DNA of 14,706 nucleotides from a virus: UHGV virus genome UHGV-0056970; one strand, 5' to 3'. Shown piece by piece: positions 1 to 7,105 of this stretch (position 1 is its first letter; each line of letters starts with the position of its first letter). The notes under the pieces were generated by a model. It saw only the letters and a program-made list of their open reading frames with translations, ran no database searches and was not told where the DNA came from. The position numbers and the translations under genes were made by a program.

Positions 1-5
1 AATTT

Positions 6-41
6 TGGTGGAGCTGGCGGGAGTTGAACCCGCATCCGAAA
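6..41 (-). other. ssrA: Partial copy of the ssrA (tmRNA) 3' end; attachment-site core (attL/attR) of the integrated element
   Basis: Minus-strand reading of 6..41 is TTTCGGATGCGGGTTCAACTCCCGCCAGCTCCACCA, matching the E. coli tmRNA 3' terminus (...TTTCGGACGCGGGTTCAACTCCCGCCAGCTCCACCA, recalled from memory) with one mismatch. Similarity stops abruptly upstream, so this is a fragment, not the gene. ssrA is a known integration target (e.g. CP4-57). Confidence 0.7.
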
Positions 42-98
42 GTTTTCAACTTAATGAAATTAAAGAATTTTATTCTTAAAGATATTTACGCGTGAACT

Positions 99-1010
99 TT
101 ACGTATCCTTTGAAGTATCGGCATGGCCGGCTAAAGTCCTAATCTTCTTAGGCGCTTTAATCTTCGTTGGATTATCCGTTACTGGAATTTTAAGCAGATC
201 GCTGAAGAACATAGCCTCAGAACCTTTGTACCGATCTTGAGCACTATAATTTATACCGTACATTAAAGACTGTGTTTTATTATACATATCTCTAATTTCA
301 GGTGTATTGTCGTACGATACAATCCACGGCGTTTTTATGTCAGATTGAACAACCTTTGCTACATTCACATGATCTTCGTGGTTGTAATGATTGATATATA
401 ACCCTTTCCCTTTGACATAGTACGGAGGGTCTAAGTAAGTTATTGAATTTTCTGGCAACTTTGTAATTATATTATTGATAAACTCGATAGCATCTAGATT
501 AAAAAGCTCAATTCGATCCTTTTCGGCATGAATGATTTTTATGCGAGAAATTAGGTCGTTTTTATTATATCTAGCATCTATTTTCCATTCGCCATCTTGA
601 TTTTTTCCACCAATAACTCCGCCCTTTAATATTCCGGAGCGATTGGTTCTATTAAGGAAAAATGTAGAGAAACCAATTGTTAGCAGGTCATAACTATTTG
701 TGTTATTTATTATTTCCTTTTGTTTATACCACTCATTCATAGTGACCGGTGTATCGTAGATCATAGAGCATAAAGTATCAGCATTGTTAAGAACAGAATG
801 CCAGAATGCATAAACGGAAACGTTTATATCGTTAAGGATAATTCTTTCAGCAATATTTAGATCTAGCAGTTTCAATGCAAGACCCGCGCCTCCAGCATAA
901 GGCTCAGCATAATGTATAGGCGAAAGATTATTTTCCTCAATAACATTTAGCATGAAGTTTGATAATTTGCCTTTACCGCCGGGATAGCGAAGTGGGGTAT
1001 TGAACCGCAT
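99..1010 (-). CDS. N6-adenine DNA methyltransferase, D12 class (Dam family)
   Basis: 303 aa. N-terminal RYPGGKGKL (Dam-like KWAGGK region), AEPYAGGAGLA (motif I, FxGxG-like), C-terminal YLDPPYY (motif IV, DPPY); motif order I then IV as in alpha-class Dam enzymes. Very AT-rich compared with the prophage backbone. Confidence 0.8.
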   Translation of the reverse strand: MRFNTPLRYPGGKGKLSNFMLNVIEENNLSPIHYAEPYAGGAGLALKLLDLNIAERIILNDINVSVYAFWHSVLNNADTLCSMIYDTPVTMNEWYKQKEIINNTNSYDLLTIGFSTFFLNRTNRSGILKGGVIGGKNQDGEWKIDARYNKNDLISRIKIIHAEKDRIELFNLDAIEFINNIITKLPENSITYLDPPYYVKGKGLYINHYNHEDHVNVAKVVQSDIKTPWIVSYDNTPEIRDMYNKTQSLMYGINYSAQDRYKGSEAMFFSDLLKIPVTDNPTKIKAPKKIRTLAGHADTSKDT

Positions 1011-1090
1011 AAGATACCTCTGGAAACCTAGTGATCATTATATCAAAAACACGGGCTTTATGGCCATCAGATAAAGCCCATTAATATCAA

Positions 1091-2824
1091 TTAGTTATCA
1101 GAAAGGTAAGAGTGGATTACGGCTGAGTCAACGCCCTGACCTGTGGTCATTACTATCTTGAGGCTTTTGGTGAAATCATATTTATATTGGTCGGATATAG
1201 CGCTATTCTTGGTGACCCAGTACCTATATGGATTGTTCTTGACTGGTCCATCTACCATACTTCTGAACTCGGGTGTATGCGCAAAATCTTTAAAGAGTTT
1301 ACGTACTACACCTAAAATACCTTGCTTCCCTTTTTTAAATTCATCGATTTCATTTGATATGTTTATTGGTGCCTTCCCTAATTTTAGAGTGGTTACTATA
1401 TCAGTGGCAATTCTGTTGAAGACTGGTTTTGTGAAACGATTTCTATTTTCCCAATAATCATCATCGGGTGGCAGGTTATATAAAAACTCAAATATCATTT
1501 GGTCAGGAGGGAGTAAATGGGGAAGAAGGCATAGGTTTTTTTCTTTTTTTGCTTTTTTTGCATTATCTCCATTATCATTTGCAACATCACCATCTAAGAC
1601 AATCAGACTTTTGACGGTGAATTCGGGGATTTTTCTGGCCATCAAATCAAGAATTGCACTGCAGCTTATATTTATATCACCTAGTGGGTTGATGATTTTG
1701 TTTATTTTTCTGTCAATAATTAATTGTTTGAAAAAATCAAATCCTTCTCGATCTTCAAAATAGACATTGGCCTTAGGTAAGTTTAAGTCTTCGTCAATTT
1801 TAACAGTTTGAACGTGAAGGTCAGCGTTAATATCTGGCCAAGATAAATTATTTCTTGTTTTGATATCACCATAGGTATCTGTTAAGTAAATTGTTTTGAA
1901 TGATTTCTCATCTTGTTTTGATCTATTATAGATATCTTCTATGATTAGCGGTGAGTGCGAAGTCATAATGATTTGCAAATCATATTGCTTTGCTGCTTTG
2001 GTTAGTATTTTTATTAGTTCGAATTGAGCCGCAGGGAATAAACCAGCATCAGCTTCATCAATTAAAAGAATGCCACCATGATAATCTGGGTAGGTTTCCT
2101 TTAATCGTTTAAATGAAAAAATAGCTTGAATTATTTGTCCAACATTATCTTCCCCTACAGATACTGACTCATGATCATAATTGTCACTATGTACAACCAT
2201 GGAATCAATAACCCCTTTTGTGGCTGTTACCGTACTCCCTGTGGTTTTTAATAATAATTGATTGTTCATAACTCTTATTTCTTCAGAGTTATCATTAATA
2301 TATTGAACATCCCTTGTCGCATAATCGGTACGTAAAGTAATAGGGAGTAATCTTGCCAAGCTTAGAAAAATAACAGGATGAGTTACATTACGGCTCTGGT
2401 TTGCACCAGGAATTCCATCATTACCACGGACGACAGGTCGAGCTTTTGCTCTATCAGTATAGCCATACAAACCTAAAGTAAGCTTGTCTAAATTTTTATT
2501 GACATTAGCATCATATAAATGAATCTTAACATCCATAGAGCCAGCAGTATCATATTCTTCAGATAATCTAAAATGCTCATTGAATGCTGACTTAAAGCTT
2601 CTGTTTGTTAATGTCTTATAGTTCTTTAAGTTCGTTACTGGATCTGTTGATTGGTCTCTTGAAAAGCTAAAAATTTGTGCGACGATACCAAGTATCGTCG
2701 ACTTTGATGTGCCATTTTTCCCACAAATAACAGTTAACTTACTGCCGAAATCAATATTTACGTCTTTTAGGCCTCTAAATTTTATAACCTGAAGTTTATT
2801 CAACTTAGTTATCTGATTCGCCAT
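1091..2824 (-). CDS. ABC-type ATPase with C-terminal Toprim-like domain (OLD-family / PARIS AriAB-like architecture)
   Basis: 577 aa. Walker A GKNGTSKST (res 35-43), Walker B ILLIDEAD (res 252-258), TSHS H-loop-like (res 288-291). C-terminal YFEDREGFD (EGxD, res 360-363) and LIVLDGDV (DxD, res 411-413) about 50 residues apart, as in Toprim folds. AT-rich; 80-bp gap to the downstream methyltransferase gene on the same strand. Confidence 0.6.
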   Translation of the reverse strand: MANQITKLNKLQVIKFRGLKDVNIDFGSKLTVICGKNGTSKSTILGIVAQIFSFSRDQSTDPVTNLKNYKTLTNRSFKSAFNEHFRLSEEYDTAGSMDVKIHLYDANVNKNLDKLTLGLYGYTDRAKARPVVRGNDGIPGANQSRNVTHPVIFLSLARLLPITLRTDYATRDVQYINDNSEEIRVMNNQLLLKTTGSTVTATKGVIDSMVVHSDNYDHESVSVGEDNVGQIIQAIFSFKRLKETYPDYHGGILLIDEADAGLFPAAQFELIKILTKAAKQYDLQIIMTSHSPLIIEDIYNRSKQDEKSFKTIYLTDTYGDIKTRNNLSWPDINADLHVQTVKIDEDLNLPKANVYFEDREGFDFFKQLIIDRKINKIINPLGDINISCSAILDLMARKIPEFTVKSLIVLDGDVANDNGDNAKKAKKEKNLCLLPHLLPPDQMIFEFLYNLPPDDDYWENRNRFTKPVFNRIATDIVTTLKLGKAPINISNEIDEFKKGKQGILGVVRKLFKDFAHTPEFRSMVDGPVKNNPYRYWVTKNSAISDQYKYDFTKSLKIVMTTGQGVDSAVIHSYLSDN

Positions 2825-2876
2825 GCTTGTCCCTTATACCTGAAGTCGCCACAAGTTGTGGCCAATAATTTGTAAA

Positions 2877-4043
2877 TTATCTTTCTAACGCCTTGTTGCT
2901 CGTTTGTCCATCGTATTCCTTCAGATATGAGCCATAATGCCTAAACAACATCTCCGGTCCTTTATGCCCCATCTGCCCCGCTAGCCAGAAGAGATTGACG
3001 CCTTGACTGATGTGACGTGTAGCAAAAGTATGTCGTGTCTGGTATGGGTTGCGGTATCTAATCCCGGCTTTACGTAGTGTGGGAACCCAGGCTTTTTTTC
3101 GTATCGCATCTGCACTTGCCCATGCTTTATTACTTTTTGGATCTTCGAAGATCGTATCATCTTTCATAAAAGTGAACGGTTTCTGACTAACTAGCGCGAG
3201 CATTGCTTCGTCAGTCAGTTCAACCTTCCGTGTTCCAGCTTTGGTTTTGGTCCCTTTGATTACGCCAACTACACTGGCATTCTGGACGTGGGCTGTCTTC
3301 CCTACAAAATCGATATCACGCCAACGAAGAGCACACAGTTCAGAACTACGCATGCCAGTTTGGATGGCGAATCGGAAGAGGTTCTCCCATTGTTTATTGC
3401 CAGCAGCTGTGAGCAAAGCACGTACTTCGGCTGGTGATAGCGGGTCAACCACATAACTACTTTCTGACACTGATTTGTCACTCTGGTACCGCGAAGCTGT
3501 TACTAGTGACACAGGGTTGATTTGAAGTACACCATCGGTCACTGCCTCATCCAATGCAGAACGCAGGAACGAAAGTTGGTTTCTGATGGTCTTCAATGTC
3601 GTTTTCTGGCTTTGGATCCATGTCTTCAATGTTGCTGGGGTTAACTCACTTGCTGGAAACATATGAAGTGAAGACAAAGCGCTTCGGCATTTCTTGTACC
3701 CGCCAATTGTCGAAGGTGATAGCTTCCTTGTTTCGCAGATCACCAGATACTCGTCCAAGTACATCTTCACCGTTTTGCCTGCGGAAGCGTTGCCGAAAAT
3801 TTTCAACCGGGTTGAGCGGGGGAAGTATTCCGCATAGACAAACGTCCCCCTTTCGATCTTGTTATAGATTTCGCCGAGTGTGCGCTCGGCGTATTTGATA
3901 TTTTTGGGGGTTACGTCCAGATTAGAAAGAGGCTCACGGCATTTAACCCCTTTATAAGTGAAGGTAATATTGATGGTTTCACCATTACGATGTTTCCTGA
4001 TGGTTACGCCGCGTGGGAGTTTAGGCGATTCTGTCGAGCCCAT
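2877..4043 (-). CDS. int: Tyrosine recombinase (phage integrase)
   Basis: 388 aa. C-terminal catalytic region with R (GTRKVELTD), H-x-x-R (YQTRHTFATRH) and Y (HKGPEMLFRHYGSY). N-terminal arm-type DNA-binding region. Adjacent to the att core and overlapped by an upstream xis-like gene. Confidence 0.9.
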   Translation of the reverse strand: MGSTESPKLPRGVTIRKHRNGETINITFTYKGVKCREPLSNLDVTPKNIKYAERTLGEIYNKIERGTFVYAEYFPRSTRLKIFGNASAGKTVKMYLDEYLVICETRKLSPSTIGGYKKCRSALSSLHMFPASELTPATLKTWIQSQKTTLKTIRNQLSFLRSALDEAVTDGVLQINPVSLVTASRYQSDKSVSESSYVVDPLSPAEVRALLTAAGNKQWENLFRFAIQTGMRSSELCALRWRDIDFVGKTAHVQNASVVGVIKGTKTKAGTRKVELTDEAMLALVSQKPFTFMKDDTIFEDPKSNKAWASADAIRKKAWVPTLRKAGIRYRNPYQTRHTFATRHISQGVNLFWLAGQMGHKGPEMLFRHYGSYLKEYDGQTSNKALER

Positions 4044-4222
4044 TTTGCAACCTCACTAAGATCTATCCATCTTTCCTTAACGCCGTCGACCTTCAGCACT
4101 TGAACCCCTTCACGCCATACTCCGCGCTGGACGCGTTTGTTTATGGCATCCGGAGTTTCGCCAGTCTCTTTGCAATAAGTTGAGATGGGGACACAATCGA
4201 GGCTCAGCATATATTTCTCCAT
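4004..4222 (-). CDS. xis: Excisionase-like small DNA-binding protein
   Basis: 72 aa, basic, Trp-containing (...RVQRGVWREGVQVLKVDGVKERWIDLSEVAKWARQNR), immediately upstream of int and overlapping its start by 40 nt, as lambda xis does. The second ATG (MLSLD..., about 4210) has the better RBS (GGAG-N6-ATG), so the true start may be 12 nt downstream. Confidence 0.55.
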   Translation of the reverse strand: MEKYMLSLDCVPISTYCKETGETPDAINKRVQRGVWREGVQVLKVDGVKERWIDLSEVAKWARQNRLNSHAA

Positions 4223-4250
4223 TATCCCAGCTGCACCCGGGAGTAAGATG

Positions 4251-5195
4251 TTAATTAATATTGTCTTTTCTTTGTAGAACTGCGAAAGCCATTAATACCT
4301 CTAAAGTATATCGTCTATAAAACTTCACAAACCCGACGTAGAAAACATAGACGAAGAAAAAGCTAATTAGCACAGAAATTAAACTATAAGAAATACCACT
4401 ACCTTCTACCAAACGAAAAATAAAGGTTAGTAAGGATATCCAAAATGTAATTGTAAAAACCAAACAAATATTTCTGCAAAAGCCATATAATGCAACATAG
4501 TTTTGAATTTTTGATTGATGTTGATTCGAAAATTCATAGACATAATGATAGGCCAGTCTGAAAAGATCATCATGAAGACCAGTTCCAACTTTTAATAATT
4601 CATTGTCTAGTATGAACTTTTTCTCATAGCCGTCTTTAATCATTTGCCATGTAGTACTAGCTAATTGAAATGGCAATGATTGGGAATAACATAACTTTTG
4701 AGTGGCGTAATCCCATGGCGTTATGGGTAATAGCACTGCTTTGATTATGCAGTATTTTATTTTTCTTTTGATATCTTCATCTTGTTCACAACTTGATGGT
4801 ATACAAACGATTTCTAAGTCATCTGACAACTTATTGAATAGATATTGGGAAGGATACCCCAAATTTTCGTTCATATACTTTTCAATAAAAAATGCTGATG
4901 TGATCGAGATAAAATGCCCCGCTATGTAAGATATAATGACTATTGAGGCATAGTTTAAAATACCAAAAATTTGACTTTTACCTCTGAGCAATTCAGTTAA
5001 ATCAACAACAATATCTAAATCAAAGGTCAAACCACAGAAATACATTAACAGGATAAAAAATCCACCAGGTATTAGATATCCAAGAAAATCATAGAACGAG
5101 AATGGATTTTGATTCACTTTTTGACTCCAATATATCCTTATTGTTGAATTCATCAATGTAACTGATAACGTATTGAATATAAACTCCTTACTCAC
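4251..5195 (-). CDS. Hypothetical integral membrane protein (about 4 TM helices), AT-rich cargo gene
   Basis: 314 aa with two N-terminal and two C-terminal hydrophobic segments around a roughly 130-aa soluble region. GTG start with a weak RBS; start uncertain. Strongly AT-rich, unlike flanking prophage genes. Confidence 0.55.
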   Translation of the reverse strand: MSKEFIFNTLSVTLMNSTIRIYWSQKVNQNPFSFYDFLGYLIPGGFFILLMYFCGLTFDLDIVVDLTELLRGKSQIFGILNYASIVIISYIAGHFISITSAFFIEKYMNENLGYPSQYLFNKLSDDLEIVCIPSSCEQDEDIKRKIKYCIIKAVLLPITPWDYATQKLCYSQSLPFQLASTTWQMIKDGYEKKFILDNELLKVGTGLHDDLFRLAYHYVYEFSNQHQSKIQNYVALYGFCRNICLVFTITFWISLLTFIFRLVEGSGISYSLISVLISFFFVYVFYVGFVKFYRRYTLEVLMAFAVLQRKDNIN

Positions 5196-5299
5196 CTTTT
5201 AGTGTCTAATCTGCCAAGAAATTTAGCACTACGGTCATGCGGTCATTACTCATGTTTTTACCCTCGTTATGGCGGCTGCCACCGCCTAACTTTCTCCAT

Positions 5300-5412
5300 A
5301 CACAACAGGGAAGAGCACCAGCTGAGAGCCTGAAGGAGAGAGGGGCCACGCTTTGAACCCGGATCCGGGCAGGGTTAGTTCCCGGCACCGGTGGTGCTCT
5401 TCCCTGTTGTGT
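5300..5412. repeat. Long perfect inverted repeat (21-bp arms, 71-nt spacer) inside a GC-rich non-coding patch; candidate structured RNA or MITE-like element
   Basis: 5300..5320 ACACAACAGGGAAGAGCACCA is the exact reverse complement of 5392..5412 TGGTGCTCTTCCCTGTTGTGT. The spacer holds further palindromes (CCCGGATCCGGG, CCCGG-N7-CCGGG). The six-frame ORFs here overlap on both strands and are Arg/Pro/Cys-rich, typical of non-coding GC-rich DNA. Confidence 0.5.
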
Positions 5413-5755
5413 CCCGGACTCTTCCCGGGCGTCACACCTTTTCGCCGCGCTGGTGGGGCGCACGTCGTGCCTGAAACACTTAGCTTGCACATTCCGGTTG
5501 TTCTGAGAGCGCATGGATCAAGGGAACTCTCAGGCCGCTAACGCTGCATGTGCCATACAACGGTGTGAATGTTGCCGTTCACAACTGGAAGCGCACTCCT
5601 TCAGTTACAAACCAGTCCCCACGACGGATGAAGATGGAATGCGCTTTCATGTTGTGTGCCTGCTTTTACCCACATCAGGCGAGGTGGATCCTGGTTATTC
5701 CCCAACAACAAGGATTCGGGTAATCTGGATATCCCCAACAACGAAAGGAGTTTTT

Positions 5756-5839
5756 ATGCAGTGCAATGACTATGAAGAGCGGCACATGCCTCCTTACAAG
5801 AGGCCTGAACCACCGCCAAAACCTGATGATTCAGACTGA
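5756..5839 (+). CDS. Possible small ORF (27 aa, Pro/Lys-rich: MQCNDYEERHMPPYKRPEPPPKPDDSD)
   Basis: Strong RBS AAGGAG, 5-nt spacer, ATG at 5756. Its stop TGA (5837-5839) lies inside the RBS (GAGGTG) of the next gene, suggesting coupling. In frame with the longer 5513 ORF, whose upstream part looks non-coding. Confidence 0.3.
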   Translation: MQCNDYEERHMPPYKRPEPPPKPDDSD

Positions 5840-5847
5840 GGTGAAAC

Positions 5848-6321
5848 ATGTCCCGGCATGACTTGATATTTGATATTCATTATTCGCATTACCTCGAAAA
5901 GATGTTTGCGACATTGACTGGCCGAATCGACCGGTTGATGACTTTCCTAATTATTTTGTCGGGATGTGGTGTTTTTGTTTCTATCACTGGCTACGTTTGG
6001 TTCGGCGCATTTATCGCTGCCTTATCGGTTAGCCAAGTTGTTTATCAATTCTCCCGCTCTTCAGGTATTGCAACTGAACAAGCTCGCTTATATCTGGAAC
6101 TTATCACCGACGAACCTTCTCTTACGGATGAGGAATTACTCGCGCGTTTTAAACATTTGCAAAACGCCGATTCAAAACCCTGGGGTTGCCTAGAATTACC
6201 AGCTCAGAAAAGAGCAACGATTGTTCTTGGCCTAACTGATACAACCAGGGAACTCAGCAAGCAAGAGGTGTTTGCCGCAAGGTTGGCTGGAGATCTACCG
6301 AGGAAAAATCCCCATGGTTGA
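5848..6321 (+). CDS. Hypothetical small membrane protein (2 TM helices, about 90-aa C-terminal soluble domain)
   Basis: 157 aa. RBS GAGGTG 6 nt before ATG. Two adjacent hydrophobic helices (LMTFLIILSGCGVFVSI; WFGAFIAALSVSQVV). Followed by an intrinsic terminator. Confidence 0.6.
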   Translation: MSRHDLIFDIHYSHYLEKMFATLTGRIDRLMTFLIILSGCGVFVSITGYVWFGAFIAALSVSQVVYQFSRSSGIATEQARLYLELITDEPSLTDEELLARFKHLQNADSKPWGCLELPAQKRATIVLGLTDTTRELSKQEVFAARLAGDLPRKNPHG

Positions 6322-6392
6322 AAGAGCTGGCGGTCATAAACCGGCTAACCCAAGACCTCCACAACCAGTTAAGCCAAAGCCTAAAGCTTGAT
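6315..6392 (+). CDS. Possible tiny overlapping ORF (25 aa, Pro/Lys-rich: MVERAGGHKPANPRPPQPVKPKPKA)
   Basis: ATG at 6315 overlaps the stop of the preceding gene (CCCATGGTTGA). Composition resembles the 27-aa ORF upstream. Could be a frameshifted C-terminal extension instead of a separate gene. Confidence 0.2.
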
Positions 6393-6420
6393 TGTTGATC
6401 GATATCCAGATTGTTAAAGA

Positions 6421-6450
6421 GCGAAGCGTCCTATGGGGCGCTTTTTTGTT
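6421..6450 (+). terminator. Rho-independent terminator after the plus-strand cassette
   Basis: GAAGCG-loop-CGCTT hairpin followed directly by TTTTTTG (GCGAAGCGTCCTATGGGGCGCTTTTTTG). Confidence 0.6.
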
Positions 6451-6625
6451 GCATCAAGTATCTTCGGGCGGGGCGCCGGCGACCAACCGGCACAACCCCT
6501 ACAGTATTAATCCAGGCTTACTGGACCCCCGACGCCGTGGGCTAAACGGCTGCTGTATGTCGGGTGAGTTTCTGTTGCTGGTGGTCAATCCAGCTCCGCA
6601 CCCCTCCCGAAGACACCTGAGGTAA

Positions 6626-6859
6626 TTAAATTGCCTTAGCCGGCAGGCCGAGGACGCTACGCATTTCTTTTTGAGTGCGAATGGCTATGGCGATCGTTAG
6701 GTCAATATCTCCGCGGTAAGCTGTGCCATCTTCACAAATAATAAGAGTGATTGATTTTTTGCCTTTCTTGCTTACCTCGAAGCGATGCGCTTTACGGACT
6801 ACATGACAGCCGTTTGCTAATGCGTCCTTGATAAGGTTTTCAATGCCTTTGCTCGCCAT
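6626..6859 (-). CDS. Hypothetical 77-aa protein; first gene downstream of a PL-like repressor-controlled promoter
   Basis: ATG at 6859 with AGGA 7 nt upstream. Lies leftward of the repressor gene where lambdoid phages start the early-left operon, but is not Arg-rich like N. No family recognised. Confidence 0.5.
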   Translation of the reverse strand: MASKGIENLIKDALANGCHVVRKAHRFEVSKKGKKSITLIICEDGTAYRGDIDLTIAIAIRTQKEMRSVLGLPAKAI

Positions 6860-6962
6860 GTTCTGTTCCTATTTGGTTTATCTGTTAGCGAATCATCCCG
6901 GTCTTCATATGCCCCGGGCGGCTACTTCGTGGGCGTCCTGCCTGTTCGCTGTTGATGGATTA

Positions 6963-6992
6963 ATAATACAGATAAAACTGTTAATGCGTCAA
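6963..6992 (-). promoter_or_regulatory. PL-like promoter with overlapping operator copy
   Basis: Minus strand reads TTGACG (-35; plus-strand 6987..6992), 18-nt spacer, TATTAT (-10; plus-strand 6963..6968). The spacer/-10 overlaps ACAGATAAAACTGT (6968..6981), identical to operator site 3 in the cI-cro intergenic region. Confidence 0.45.
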
Positions 6993-7067
6993 CATACAAA
7001 GCTGTATTGAGTGATGATCTATACTAAAAAAACTGTAATTTATTGTTTTTTATGAAACTAAAGACGT

Positions 7068-7090
7068 AAAAAAACCGGCGCCGGCCGGTT
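7068..7090 (-). terminator. Intrinsic terminator downstream of the repressor gene
   Basis: Minus strand: ACCGGC-CGGC-GCCGGT hairpin followed by TTTTTTT (plus strand AAAAAAACCGGCGCCGGCCGGTT), 15 nt past the cI stop. Confidence 0.55.
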
Positions 7091-7105
7091 CATGTGAGGA
7101 AGGGT

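Noticed and set aside
6-368. A complete ssrA (tmRNA) gene on the minus strand starting at the window edge
   Set aside because: Only the terminal 36 nt match the tmRNA 3' end; sequence further into the putative gene body diverges and is occupied by a protein-coding gene, so this is an att-core fragment.
1143-1457. 104-aa plus-strand ORF
   Set aside because: Lies entirely antisense within the ATPase gene, which has clear Walker motifs; hydrophobic low-complexity translation typical of an AT-rich antisense frame.
3241-3898. Plus-strand ORFs of 71 and 100 aa (3241..3456, 3596..3898)
   Set aside because: Both are antisense to the integrase gene, whose catalytic motifs are intact; Arg/Ser-rich composition without RBS.
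4723-4929. 68-aa plus-strand ORF
   Set aside because: Antisense within the membrane-protein gene; no RBS.
5286-5520. Retron (msr-msd) or ERIC/REP-type repeat interpretation of the structured patch
   Set aside because: No reverse-transcriptase ORF nearby, and the sequence does not match the ERIC or REP consensus as I recall them; left as an unclassified structured element.
5206-5541. Three mutually overlapping ORFs on both strands (5206..5514-, 5286..5492-, 5353..5541+)
   Set aside because: They overlap each other across the GC-rich inverted-repeat region and have Arg/Pro/Cys/Gly-rich composition; better explained as structured non-coding DNA.
5513-5839. 108-aa ORF as a whole
   Set aside because: Only the last 27 codons have a strong RBS and coupling to the next gene; the upstream 81 codons run through the GC-rich structured patch with a weak start context. 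Kept only the 27-aa ORF, at low confidence.
5966-6193. 75-aa plus-strand ORF
   Set aside because: Alternate frame inside the 157-aa membrane-protein gene.
6392-6625. 77-aa plus-strand ORF
   Set aside because: Reads straight through an intrinsic terminator and the GC-rich non-coding patch; Pro/Arg/Gly-rich; no RBS.
6828-7010. 60-aa plus-strand ORF
   Set aside because: Overlaps the start of the 77-aa minus-strand gene and its promoter/operator region; no RBS.
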